Of a DNA stretch of 64,000 bases, positions 49,742 through 63,156 are shown piece by piece (positions within the stretch are counted from its first letter, which is position 1; each line of letters opens with the position of its first letter). The notes under the pieces were generated by a model. It did not search any database and was not told the origin of the DNA. It saw only the letters and a program-made list of their open reading frames with translations. Origin of the DNA: Thalia democratica (Eukaryota); assembly GCA_965202585.1 (NCBI GenBank), contig OZ241830.1:39308001-39372000 (forward strand), given 5' to 3'. Both the position numbers and the translations under genes were made by a program.

Positions 49742-50644
49742 CAAAAAGTTAATGAAATAAAACAGGACTGTTTTTATGTTGATACAAAAATAAACATTTG
49801 AATAACTTTTTATTACTGTGTAATACGCTAATTTAAACTATTTCAAAGTTACTAGTATAAGCATTACAATTATCAATCAGGACTAATTTCTAAAACTAAC
49901 TAATTTTTAGTTGTAGAAAAAGAGACTGTATATTATTAGCTTAACTATGAAAACATAAGTAATAGTCCTAACTGCTCTTCTATAAATTAAGTTGAAAAAT
50001 TAATTTCATATAACGCAAAAAATGGAAAAGATAATACTAACGGTTTAACTATTAGGTTTGCCGATCTTTGTGGCAAAAAAAAACATACTGAGTGATCGAG
50101 TAATAAATTCAATCTAGCTGAATTTCTAACATTTACTACTTAATATGTTACAAATTCTAGATTTCCTAAATTGTCAAATTTCAGATTTCTCCAGATGAAG
50201 TGGCAAATCTGTAAAGTTTTTTTTAGTCTAACTGGGTGACTTTTCAAAAAACAATTAAAAATATCATGAGGTGATAGATAATAATAGATAACATAGATTT
50301 TTACAAACCATATATGATCCCAAGTAGCATAAATGTCAGGTTATGAAATGGTGAGAGGGATTCCGACCGTTTATGACCTATATAGTTGTTAAATGAGAAA
50401 ATTATGAATAAAAATACGTAATTTACTTGAAAATAGGAGTCGTGAGCACTTTTTTTTTTCTATATTTTACGTAAACAAAATGGACTTTTTTTTGTTTAAA
50501 TTTTACCTCAGGGTCAAATATTTAATAGCAAGCTAAAATTAGTGAAATGAAAAGATAGAAAGTAAAAATTTATTATTTTCCAAAATTTCAAAATCGCCCC
50601 CCCCCCCCCCAACTTACTATAATCGCCCACTTTGGAAAACCCTG
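48793..50644. mobile_element. Non-autonomous hAT-superfamily transposon, 1852 bp
   Basis: TIRs cagagtttcccaaact and actttggaaaaccctg (13/16), with a perfect 8-bp TSD CTATAAAC at 48785-48792 and 50645-50652. No ORF. Confidence 0.88.
49709..49738. repeat. (AT)15 microsatellite
   Basis: Direct read. Confidence 0.95.
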
Positions 50645-51587
50645 CTATAAACTAAGGCGTCCCGCTCTTATCTAATGAATTTAGCGAGTTTTGTTGTAAA
50701 GTTGACTAAACAATTTTCCCATACTTACATTACAAGGTTCACGGATAGGTTCAAAAACTAATAAATGGCTAAAAAATAATAAAATTACTAAGTTGTTACT
50801 TCTTAAACTTATTTCGTTTTATCTTCGTAGTATTTTTATAGCATACGAAATTGATTTTATGTTAAATCTCTTCATTATAAAAATAAAAACATGTGTTTTA
50901 TAATTATTGTTACTGTTAAGACACCGACAAGGCATGCACTTTAAAAGGTACGCACCCAGGTTGAACACAAGTCAAATCAAATACTTTTGTAAAAACTAAC
51001 TAAACTTCTTAAATTATAATTACTTAAAAAACGAATGAAGTTAAACGAACGAAAATATGACTTTAACACGATTAATGCAACTACAATTCATTTATTTTTC
51101 AAAGAGTAATTAACTTTAAACTAAACTAGAATAGATCGTATTTTATTAAAAATAAGTTAAACCCATTGTTTGCTGTGAAACTGTAAAAAATAATTCTTAA
51201 TACTTAAGGTATGCATTTTTCCTATATTCAAGGTGGGTATTAAACCGGTTTCCCTGGTGTAAATAGTTTTTATTTGTACATCAGGTTAAAATAATTGTTT
51301 TAAAGACCAATGGCATATAAATTAAAATATTTTTTAGTTCAAGAACTTTCCTTGTTTTAAATAACAAAAGTAAAGTTTTCGAAAATAAAAATGTTGTTTT
51401 CTGAAATCAAAAACGATTTTTTTTTTTGACTGGGAAATAAAAAAGTCTATGGTTCATTAGTATTGAAAGTTTTTTTATAAGTTAATTTTAGCTAATAAAA
51501 ATTATATTTGATTTATATTGAAATAATTTATCGTTATACAAAAAACCTAATTTATTTGTATAATTATTACAAACAAGCTGCTTATTC

Positions 51588-51917
51588 CAGCGGTTCTTAA
51601 CCTTTTTTTCATGTTTTATCCCTTTTAAAAGTTTAATACCAAACTTACCCCTTTTTTAAAGGTGGTCACAATATTTACCCCCAATATTTAAAACAAAGTT
51701 TAGTTTTGAGTAAAACAAACTAAATTTTTTGAATTTTAAGCTTATTAAATATAAAAATTTGTAAAATATACAGAATTTATTTAACTTAAGAAAAATTACA
51801 GTAAAATAATAGCTTATAAATTAAAAAGACAGTTAATAAACATTAACTTACATAATTTGTAATAAAGAAAATTTACCCCCAAAAACAAGGAAATTTACCC
51901 CAGGATAAGAATCGCTG
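51588..51917. mobile_element. 330-bp hAT-type MITE
   Basis: TIRs cagcggttcttaacc and ggataagaatcgctg (13/15). TSD gcttattc/gcttattt (7/8). Repeated subterminal ttacccc motifs. Confidence 0.85.
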
Positions 51918-52589
51918 GCTTATTTAGAATTAAAACAAACTAGTTTCGTATAAATAAACTTTTTGTTATAAAAATCTTGAGCCTCAGTAGTAAAACTTAA
52001 ATACTATACTACTAACATTTTGCTATAAAAAGCTACAACTAATAGCTTATGGTAAAAAATTTTTTTTTTTGTTATTATGTATTTCAAGAGTTTTTTCATA
52101 ATGTAAAACACTGACTTAAAGATCATGCTTTGTAAAGTTTCAAAACTTTTTCAAATACTTGTAATGATGTTTTTTCAAATTAAAGCTGTTTGCTTAAATG
52201 CAACAAAAAATATTAAACTAAACTGATGGACTTAACAAACTGATGACACTTTATTAAATAAAAACAAATTGTTATTTATATACAGCTCCTAAAAAGCATT
52301 AAAATAAAACTTTTTAAATTGTTAGTAATCCTTTCTTCGTATTAAGTAACAGAAAATAAAAAATAAACTAACATTGAAACTTTAATTTAACTAAGTAACT
52401 ATTTTAAAAAGATTACTTTTTATAGAACTTTCTTATGAGTTATATGATAAAAAACAAAAATGGTTTTCCGAATAATAAAATTTTAAGACAGTTTGTATCC
52501 TTATTATTATTAAAATAAAAAACTTTAATTTTTTTTTAAATATGACTATAACTATATTCAAAATCAACAAAAAGTTCAATATTTTTCAA

Positions 52590-54130
52590 AAACAAACTGT
52601 TAACATAAAGCTCAGTTAATTAAAATAAATAGTTTAGTAATAAGCTAACTTTATAAAACAAAAAATTAGCTTATAAGTTCACTAATTAGTATTGATTTTT
52701 AAACTTAGCTAATTGCGATTAAATTAATAATAAGTAATTAAAAGCAATCTTCTTCAATTAGTAGGAAAATTAAAGGCTAATTGCTAATAATTATTAAAAA
52801 TTTGAGAGAAGTAGCCCTACAAAGCAATAAAAAACTTCGTGTAAACGCAAAAATGAAAAAATAGAGAAGTTTTGGAAACTTTGAAATCATGTGTTGTAAC
52901 AAAATGTTTTGAATTTTCACTATAAACTTGTAAGAAAACTAATGCTGTTTTTTTTTTACTTTTTAAAACTTTTGACATAGCAATAAATCTAACATTGGTT
53001 AAACGTTTACAATTTCGTACTTTGATATTTTTTTACATATTTGTTAAATGAGTATTTTGTATGCAAAAGCTTTCACAAAATCCAAAAACTTCGATACTAT
53101 AACTGCTGTAAGTAAAATGCGTTTAGTGGTACAACAGTTTTAAGTCGTATCATTACTTAAATAAGGACGAAGATAATATTCGGCATTTTAGATATACATA
53201 CAGGCTTACAATTCTATTAATACCGGTACATTTACAGCAGAACTAATGTTTGCATAAAAAAAACTAAAGTATGAATAGTTTCATCTAAACGCCTAAAAGT
53301 AACTTGCACATAAGAAAAACTAACATAATGGTAATAAAAAATTTATATTAATGAAAAAATATTTATCAAAAACTTTTTTTTGTAATGTAAAGCTCTAATT
53401 ATACTTCGTATCATTGTGAAATATACTTCTAATCCTTATAAAGTTATTACTAAAATAAAAACTATGATTTAAAAAAATACAAATACAATGAATAAAAAAG
53501 TATACTAATGTTGTTATTGTGGTTTTATTATCTATATAACTCAAAGAGTTTACGCAATTTCTGATAAGCTTTAAAATAAAACTTGTAAACAAGGCTTTCT
53601 TCGTGTTGAGTAAATGAAAAAAAAACTTAATTTTTAACTTTGATTTAACTTAGGCACAAATCTTGTTTAAATGGTTTTATATAAAGTTTATTATCTTTAT
53701 ACAATTTTTATAACTTCTTAAAATATCGTGTTATAAAAAAAGAAGTTCTATAAACTATTACAACAATATTATTAATGATAAAAATCAAAACTTCAAGTAT
53801 TTTTAAACAAATATGAGTGCAAAAATATCTCAAAAGATTCTGTTGTAAACCTGAACTAAAAATGTTAACATAAAGCTTAGTTCAAAGTAATAAACTGTTA
53901 AATAATAAAGTTAGTTAAATTACTTAATAACTTGCCTACAGCTTTATTGGTTAGTTTTAATTTTATAAGTTAACCTAATAGAAATAAATTTGCATTATGT
54001 AATTAAAATCAATTTTTTAAATAAGTAAACAAATTAAAAAGCTAGTTGCTAATAAATATTACGAATTTGACAGAATTAGCGCTACAAAATAAAAGAAAAA
54101 TCATAAAATTGAAAAAACTTTAAAATTATG
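52590..54130 (+). repeat. Old local duplication (about 52590-52880 versus 53860-54130)
   Basis: Shared blocks tgttaacataaagct.agtt and gcta.ttgctaataa.tatta..aatttga.agaa.tagc.ctacaaa about 1.27 kb apart. Confidence 0.6.
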
Positions 54131-55904
54131 AATTTTTGGAAATTTTAAATTCAATTTTATTTTCAAGTCCGTATTTATTATTGACCATGCTTATTTTCCT
54201 GTTGTAAATAGGTACTAAAACTATCTTAAATCTTAAAACAGTTTAAATTTCAACAAACTACAATTTTATTTTAATTGAGAAAAGATCGTAGTACGCTAGT
54301 TGTAATGAATATCGTAAGATTTAAATGAAAATGTCTCTGCAAAACTTAAAATAAAAGCTAAACTTATATAGTAAACGTTACGTTTAACAATATCAATATT
54401 TTTTGCCTTTTGATCACCGAATCTAAAACTATTGGTAGTAAGTATAATTTAAAGTAATATACATATCATTTTTAATTTTTTTATTCTAATAGATTTACAT
54501 AATATTTTTCGTAAGTTGATAAAAATTTATCAAAAACCATATTATTATATTTTATTTGTAAAGTTCTAATAAAAGTAGTTAAATAAAATTTACCTTTTTA
54601 AGGAGAATTAGAAATAGAAGAAATACAAAACGGCCATGATGAAATTAATGACAATTAAAACGCCTAGTAATTTTCCACAGCAAGCATTTCTATTACATTT
54701 AGACAAATTTCCGTATCATGGACAGCTTCCAAAGTAAGTATTAGGATTAAGTAATATCAAAAGCTACAATTTGAAAATTTCAAAGTTATCAGACAACTTT
54801 ATGAATACGTTCTTAACAAAGTTAATCAACAAAAATGGTTTGTTAAATTGTTGCAAGCAAATATATAAACTCCTTAAAACTTGTGCGTACAAGTGAATCA
54901 TTTTTCATATAAAGTATGGTTACAGCCAATACGGACTTGTTTTTGTTCTATTTTCGAAGTCACTTAGACAAAAAGCACGTTTTTGTACGATTAATGACTT
55001 GTTTGTATAAAACGAAAACAATTTTTTGAAATTTTTGTGTGAAAATTTTGCTTTTTAGAATTTAAAAAAGTTAATTTATTTTTGCTGTAAAATTTTTGTT
55101 ATGCTTAGGTCGTTTAAAATTCTGTTAGTTTCAAGATTATATACATTTCAGTTTAAGCAAAAAATATACCTATAGGTTTTATAATTACTTTAACATCAAT
55201 TAAATTTAAAACAATTTAAACCAAAAATATTTAAAAAAAACTACTCTACAAACGTTTTTTAACTTAAAAAATGCTGTAATTAAACTAACATTTCATTTCA
55301 TAATTTTAAATTGTGTGAATAAATACGGATTTTTTTTAAGAATAAAAACATTCGATAAATTTTTGTAAAACAATTTTCCTAATTCCCAAAACGACATTGT
55401 TTATTTAAAGGAGTTAATTTCATTTCTTTCAATGCGTATGTACTTGTGTTTGTCCTTCAAACACAAGTTAGTTAGATATTCCGCGTTAAGCTGCTTTCAG
55501 TTTTCAAGTTACGATGATCAATGAAGTTCGACGTTTCATTAACTAGTTTCGAGAATCAAGAAAACGTCTATATTGTTAGTATTTTGTTGAACTTTACGAT
55601 AGTTAATACTTTTTAGAGTTTATTTGTGGCGTGATTTAATAGTTTCTTTCTTGAAAATTATTAATTATAAATCTAAATAAAGTAAATTGAATTTTTTCAA
55701 AGTGTGTTTTATTTATAACTTAGGAATAAGTTTTGTAACTTTATTACTGTAAGCTACTCGTAAGTAAAGCAGTCAATTTAGTAAGTTAGTGGAGACCACG
55801 TAGTTAAGACATAAACATAACAAGTATTATAAATACAACCATTGTGGTTATAATGCTATCAATTTTTAATGAATCTAAAATGGAGTGGTCAATAGCTGAC
55901 CCTA

Positions 55905-56030
55905 TCCTTAACCCTTACGTCGTTCAAAAGTGACGCTCCTGCAGACCAAAGACTCGTAAAAAAGTGACAACTAGTGCAAAAAAATATCCTTCGTGCAAAA
56001 TGACGCTTTGTGCAAAAGTGACCATTCGCT
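55905..56030. repeat. Degenerate relative of the foldback minisatellite
   Basis: aaaagtgacgc, cttcgtgcaaaatgacgc and gtgcaaaagtgacc resemble gtgccaaagtgacgc/gtgaccc. Confidence 0.45.
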
Positions 56031-57757
56031 TATAAACAATCACTTTCCGCATGATCAGAGCATGATACATGATCATTTCATAACCATTGCACAAGCTTAA
56101 TTCATGTTGCGATTAACAAATGATTTCTACATGGCATTAAGTAAAATGCGCCAAGTAGCGGTTGTTAAAATTTTCTTTTACCAATGCCAATCAAAAATTT
56201 TGAATCGTTTTTAATGCGGTGATTAGCAATCGTTTTTTTTTTTTTTTTGACAATGTCAGTCAGAACGTTCGAGTAGCATTTAATGCGTTGATTAACGATT
56301 GTTGTTATTACTTACTGTAGTAAATGTTTCAATAAGCAAGTTATTTTAATTATTTAGAGTCATTAATCAAATATGTTTTTTTGATAAAGTTATGTAAAAA
56401 GTCGTCAATTTGACAATCAAAGCGAAAGTAATAACATTTCCACGTCAATGTCCAACATAGTGATTGATTTTTACAATCAGTTCTACAGAGTGTATAAAAT
56501 TATAAATTTTACTTTTTGATTATACCATAATCTTAATGCACACATTTAAGACTTAGTTAAGTATCGTTGAATAAGAATAGGAAAAGTACAAAAAAACAGC
56601 TATAATATATACAAAAAAGTATTGACTGCACAGTTTATTTAAACCTAGTTGTCATACGGTTTAAATAAGAAAACTTTTTTTTTATTAACACCGTAAGGCA
56701 TAAACTTTCGACAAACACAAAGTGTCTTAAGATATTGGGCAGATACTTTTAGACAAAACAGGAAACATTCATCGAGTTAACTATTTACGATTTGATTTTC
56801 GTTTGCGTTTGATAATCCAATTAAATGCTAAAGATGTAGCTTAAATGTTTTATTTTTGAGTAAGTTATGATTACAATTTAAAGTTAGTAATTATGCAATT
56901 ATCACTCATAGTAGGTTTCAAAAAATTAAAAATGCATTGAGTCATTTATAATAAATCATTCAGTCACAAAGATCTGTTAAATTTTTCAGAAAAATGAATT
57001 TATATCTTTTCAGATAGATTTTTATTGAAATTTTTTATTCTAAAGTTATTCAGACAATGTTTTTAAACAAAAGTTATCCTACTAGTAAAAGCAAAGTTAA
57101 ACAAAAAAAATAAAGATTTTTTTTTTACAATCAGTTATCAACGCTAAAATTTAAGTAACAAAATCTAAACATATTACTTTTTATTTAAAATATTAATTGC
57201 TTAAATGTCGAAAAATTTAAACTGACCATATTTGTAAATCAGAAATATTTATCTAAAGAAACCAGGTCGTTTCCTTTTAATTTTTGAAGTTTCGTTTACA
57301 ACATTCGTACCTGCTATAGATAAACATTTTGTTACGAAGTCTAAACTTAAACTTGTATTTATAACTTCAACTTACAAAGTTTTATTCTTTTTGCATCAGT
57401 GTTGTTGCTGGTATCTCTATTTAGTATTTACTTTATCTATTAAAAATTTCGATCAGTTACAAAGTGACTGATAAGTAAGTTATTTTTAAAAAGAAGATAT
57501 TACTAAACCTTATGAATTAAAGTTTAAAATATACATTTGTGTGCAACCTTTAGAATAATTTGTCACTAAATAGTAATAACTTTTGTTTTAAAACTAATTA
57601 AAAAAACAAACGTCTTTCATATTTTGTTGGAAGTTTTATTGTTACTGTTTTCGGTATAATGTCTGAAACTTTTCAGTCTTTAATTAATATGTTAAAAAAG
57701 ATAAGTTCACTTAAACTAAAATATGCGCTAGACTGTAAATTACTTTTAAATTACATT

Positions 57758-60700
57758 TTAAACTCTAGCTCTGTATTGTCGATCAAGGAAATCTTTCTTT
57801 TTTTTTTGCTCTCTTGATTGAGTTGATCCAGATTCGCTGTAAATTTAACAATTATAATTGTAATTCTTGTTTGAAAATTATTTATCTATATAAGCTTACC
57901 AATGTGTACGACGTTTTCTTGACAAAACTTTCTTATTAGCACTGGTATCTTTAAGCTCACCAGTCGAAGACTTCAAACAATTATCGTCAGTTTTGATATC
58001 CTTTAACGTGCTTAAGTCAACTGTTGAATTTGTCTTTGGGGTACTAGTGCTTGCCGGCTCGCTAATAGTGGATATGCTGCATTGTGATGACTTGGGTTCT
58101 AAAGAAGAATCAGAAGCTTTTTTCGCAAGTTTGGTCAACACAGCTAATGACACATTCGTATTGCCCTTAACTAACGAATCTACAAAATTTTCGACATCCT
58201 CCGATTCGATACTGGAACTTGAGGAAATCGGTGACACCTTCTTCAGCAAGGGCTTGTTGTATGTCGGGTATACGTGGTGCGATTTGCATCTTCTTACACT
58301 TTTTTTGAAGGTAATAGGCGCATAATTTTCGCAAATTGCTTTTTCAGACCTTGATCTATGGTTCAGACCAGTGCAATTTTTGAAGCTGATCGATACCTCT
58401 ACATCGTCGTTAGCAGTTTTAAGTAATGTTTCTAAAATGTTGCTTTCCTTCCAAGCAAGCGACTTCGCTTCCTCCCCTTCGTCGGAGTCGCTGCTGTTGC
58501 ACCAACCTGAGCTTGGCATCGGAACTTTTGAAACTTTGTCTTCGGGCGATTCACATTCTCAAGTCTTCTTTAGTTCGTTTATCAACTGAACAAACAAGTT
58601 GTTAATTTTTTCAGTCGAACTCATTTCTGGTTGCAAGTTTGAAGCAGAGTTATGATTGTTTTTTGTTTTGTTAGTTTTGGCGCTTGGTACTAAGGTTATT
58701 TGCTTAGCTTGAAAGTCATTTGAATTTAGTGAGGTAAGATTGGTTGCAGAGTTCGGTTTCCTAAACTTGAAAAGAATAAGATCAGAGGAATGGCAATCCT
58801 TGTCTTCTTGTATAGAAGCTATAAGTTTTAATGTTTCATCAATCTTGTGAAACAAATATTTGTCTTAACACTTCATATAAAATAGCTTACTTTTAATTTT
58901 TTGTGTATACAAACTAGTACATACTACCATGAAGGAATTTTAATATTTTATTTTTAAAGTAAATAAACTTTTGTTAATATTGATAAACTTAAATAAATTT
59001 AATGATATATAATTTGTTACACCTACTACTCTTTGAATATAACTAGATTGTTGCACAACTTATACAACCTTACGATTATAAATTTTTTTAGCATAAGGTT
59101 ATAGAAGTAGTTAATTTATAAACTAAATAAACATTTTTTTTTATTTACACAATAAGAATAACTTTTATTATAAGATTTAACTTACTTGTTTTTGTGTTCT
59201 TAAATGTATAAAATGCGTTGGAACCATGATATCCTTCACATACGTCCCCAACATGTAATCTCTGAAAACAATATTAATGTTTTGTTCGTTTGGTGATAAA
59301 AAAACTATATCGATTGGATATCTTATTTAAAAAATAACAACTTGTAAATTCTGAAAAGATTATTTCCTTAATAATTCTTTATAAATCTGTTATTTATAAG
59401 TATCAACACTTTTTGTTTTTTTTTTTGTTTATCTAAACACCAAAAAGTTTTCATACACTTTGTTTTAAACATATCTCATTTTAAACTCAAATCGAGTTTT
59501 ATTATATGTAGAAATCAAATATCTTGAGTTATTTTTAAATATTAGAACTTTTGAATTTTCATAAACTATTGTATTTATGTTGCCTAAGATTGTATCAGAA
59601 TATTTTCTCAACGAAATTAAATTCTTAATAGAACAAAAGTTATCAGATATAAAAGTAGCATTTTTTTGCTTTATGCTTTTCTAAATATATATCTAAAAAT
59701 GAATTTATTTAAAACTTACAAATGAGGCAAGTTAAACTAATACTTAAATTTTTTTTGTGTTGTAAAAGGTTGTAAACATAAAGGTTTGATAATGGAAAAG
59801 AACTCGATATACTTAAAATGTTTAACTAAAATCTAAAACATAAACTGTTTATATTACGCTTTTATAGAAAATCTGTTTTTGTTATAATTAAGACCTACCA
59901 AATCATAGAGCTTGTTAAATATAAACATACAACTACTTGCTAATGGCGATTTTGTAATAACTTTTTAAGGTTAACTAGGTGAAGGAAAATGAAGTTTTAA
60001 AAACACTAAACTTTTCAATTTTTTTTTTAAATCAACAAACAAGAATTACAAAAGTATTAATTAAATTATTATACAAAAGATCTTAAACTATGAAAAATAA
60101 ATAAAATACTTTTATGTAAAATAAGCTTTTTATGATTTTTTCTTTTAAGTTTGATTTTGAAATTTTGAAAATTTTCACATTGGATCTAAGAAAATCCCCT
60201 TTAAACCGCCCGGTGCCAACAGGGAACCTACTTTTTCGGACAGAACTTTTTATTTTGGGATGAAGCCCTAAACTGCGCAAAAAAGTTAGCTTTCTAGCCA
60301 CTTAAATATTTTCTTTAACAAACTGAAATCTATTTTTTTCTTTTATTCCAAATGAGGGTTTAATGCGCATTCTAGGGCTTCAGTTTAGTAATTCAATTAC
60401 GTAAAAAGTTTTAATGTATTATTCAATAGTTTTTTTTGATGTAAACAAACTTCTCCGCATTTTCGTTGAACCCTTCCTTTTCGTTCCAGCTGAATTGAAA
60501 AAATGAAACCAGGCTGTTCAACTCCGTTTCATTTTCAAACCTCATTCTGTCTCCTGTTTTAGACAAAACCGTATTAGTGGTTTGGATTTATACAAGAAAT
60601 ACACAAATAGGAACAAAAAAATATTTTTTTTTGAAAATTAAGAGTTATTTTGCGATATCTTTGCAATAAAAATAAGCATTTCTTTCATAAAAATTTAAAC

Positions 60701-63156
60701 TTTTTAATAAACATTTGTCTAAACTTTAGTTATTCTAAACTAAGTAAACTAGCTATTGTTCTTGTTTTAAAATCAAAATCATAAAACATTCAATAAAAAG
60801 TTTAAACATTTTCGGAAAAGATTTTTACTTTTTTTGCGAAGATATTTCAAAATCACTCAGTAAACTATACAAAAAGTAAAAAAATCTATGATCAAATGTA
60901 ATGCAAGTATGTAACCTTCTTAACAAAAAAATTGTTCTAAAAAAATTTTACTACCCTGTTTGTGTTAATCTAAAATTCTAAATGCTAGTTTTAATAAAAT
61001 TCAATAAAATAATTTAATTTGAAAAAGAAGTTTCACTATTATTTACCCATTCGATCTTATTACCAGTTATTTAAACAAGACGGGGGCCTTGGTACGTGGA
61101 TATTTCTTCAGACATGATTTAATTTGATTGTTCTGTTTTTTAGTTTTAATGTTATATATTAAGCTAGCAAAGTAAGGCTAACTAGTTCTTTAATAAAATT
61201 GTTTATGATTTCGAAAACTATCAAACTTATCTACTTCAGTAATAAATGTATTAAACAGTTTTCTTTTTTATTCAAGTTACAATAGCATTCAATTCAATTT
61301 ATGAATACATATAAAACGAATCTTATAATTCTTAGCTTACTAGAAATTTAATAATTTTATTAAAACTTACGGACCATACTTGATAAAACATGGCTGTTTC
61401 TTTTAGCATGTATATTGATTTATTTAGTTTTAAAACAATTTACTGTCCTCCATTGCCTGGTTGTTGCCATTGAAAGGTATCAACTCGAACTTAACATCCT
61501 CTATATAGCTTAACAGTTGGTGCTCTTCTTTTTGAATCAACAAATTTAAAATTCTACTGCTGTTTAGCAAAACCAACTTCCAGAAATTTTTTGTTTGGCT
61601 CTTGTTGTATGAACCGGGCTTGTTTACTAAATAAAAGTTGTTTTGGTTTATTATAGATAGAAATGTTGTGAAACTATTTGTTTAGTTAGAAGTTTTAAAT
61701 ATATGAATTAATGCTGTTCAAGTTTTGATTTTGTGTACTGTTTATAAATGTCTTGAGAGTTAAACTGTTTATATAATGAAAAAAACGTTCAAAACATTTA
61801 GTCCTAGGACCTTGTGCACAAAAAACCTTTCGGTTATCGAGTCGCACACCACGGATATCTTTTAACGTTTTGTCCAGGACAGATTAAAGAGATTAAAGCT
61901 TTCACGTACAGTGTAACTGTTCATTGATGATATTAGTAAATAATGCTTACACTTTTAAAGTAACAAAAAAGTTTATCTTTTATCATACAACATTTTATCT
62001 TTGCAAAATAATAATTGATGGATCCTATTAAAAGTATCGTTTAATTTTTAAAAAAGATTTTAATTTACTTTTTAAGTGTAGAAGTTTTAATAAACAGTTG
62101 TAGAAAAAACTTAAATGCTTATAAACATAGTTTTACAAAAACAAAGTTCGTATACAAATAAACGAGCTTATATCATTACTAGTTTGGAACTTTAAGTAAA
62201 TGGGTTGTACTTAAAAACTGATTTGATAAACAATTTAGTTTGTAAAGAATTGTTGTATTTTCTGCAAAGCTAATGAAATTTTTTAGTTATTAAAACATAC
62301 TGAATATTTCAAGTGCTATGTAGCTTTGAAAAAATATAAAACTATATATTGTTGTTAATTTTCGTAAAAAGAATTTTTAACAACTTCTATAGAATTCTAA
62401 AAAAAATTTCTAAAGTGATTACATTTAGATCGATAAAATATGTATAAGCAATTTAGAAAGATCTCTATTCTTTCTTATATAAAAACTCGGCATAACTAAA
62501 TAAAACTTGTATACAATTAAGTAAATGTTACCTATTGCTAATGCGTTGCAGTATTTTGATAATCTGCTGTATTGCTCTATGCCCGACTGTGCTAACGCTA
62601 GAATTGTACTTTGCAACCTTGCGCTTAAATAAATAATACAATGTTTAGTTTAAAAAAGTGCTTCAAGTGCTTGTTACTTTAAAGTTAAACAAAACACAAG
62701 TCTGTAAAATGTATGAATAACTTTTAAGAACTACTTACAAATTCAAAAAAAAAAATATGAGCAAGTTTTACTCATTCTAAACTTGAATTTTGTTAGGTTA
62801 GTAAAATTACTTAAAGTATTCACTGTTTGTACATTTTAAAATCTTCAAAGACTTTTATAAACAGTTATACGCCTGTTATTTTACTAAATAGTTATAACTT
62901 TAATTACAATAACTTTGTAAACAGTTTTGACTTTTATACTAAAACTTATATAAACATTATACAACCACTAATCAACTAACTTGCGTTTTTCGCTTTGCCC
63001 TGAACGTAGGATGCAGCTTCTTAAGTTTAGCAAAGGATTAATAAATTTAGCGTTATATTCATGCGCCAATCTGGCCGCATCCCTTTGAAAACTTATTTGC
63101 AGGGCGATTAGATGGTTATGAATAATTGTTAGAGCCTTTGAGCGGCTATCAAGTCG
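57758..63156 (-). CDS. Unidentified multi-exon protein-coding gene (helical N-terminal part, Ser/Lys-rich disordered C-terminal part) with one in-frame TGA
   Basis: Phase-consistent GT-AG exons 63156 (or 63145)-62981, 62623-62532, 61626-61444, 60553-60451, 59261-59186, 58843-57900 and 57836-57758. A possible further exon lies at 63538-63474. ORF-track ORFs 58559..58855 and 57896..58519 are in the same frame, separated by TGA at 58561-58559. No family recognised. May be a pseudogene. Confidence 0.75.
60261..60382. mobile_element. Small inverted-repeat element in an intron
   Basis: tgaagcccta(aac)tgcgca faces tgcgca(ttc)tagggcttca. Confidence 0.5.

Noticed and set aside
54637-55010. Exon-like segment MMKLMTIKTPSNFPQQAFLLHLDKFPYHGQLP with a GTAAGT donor, plus downstream protein-like frames
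   Set aside because: No phase-consistent continuation without stops. Possibly a decayed TE or gene fragment.
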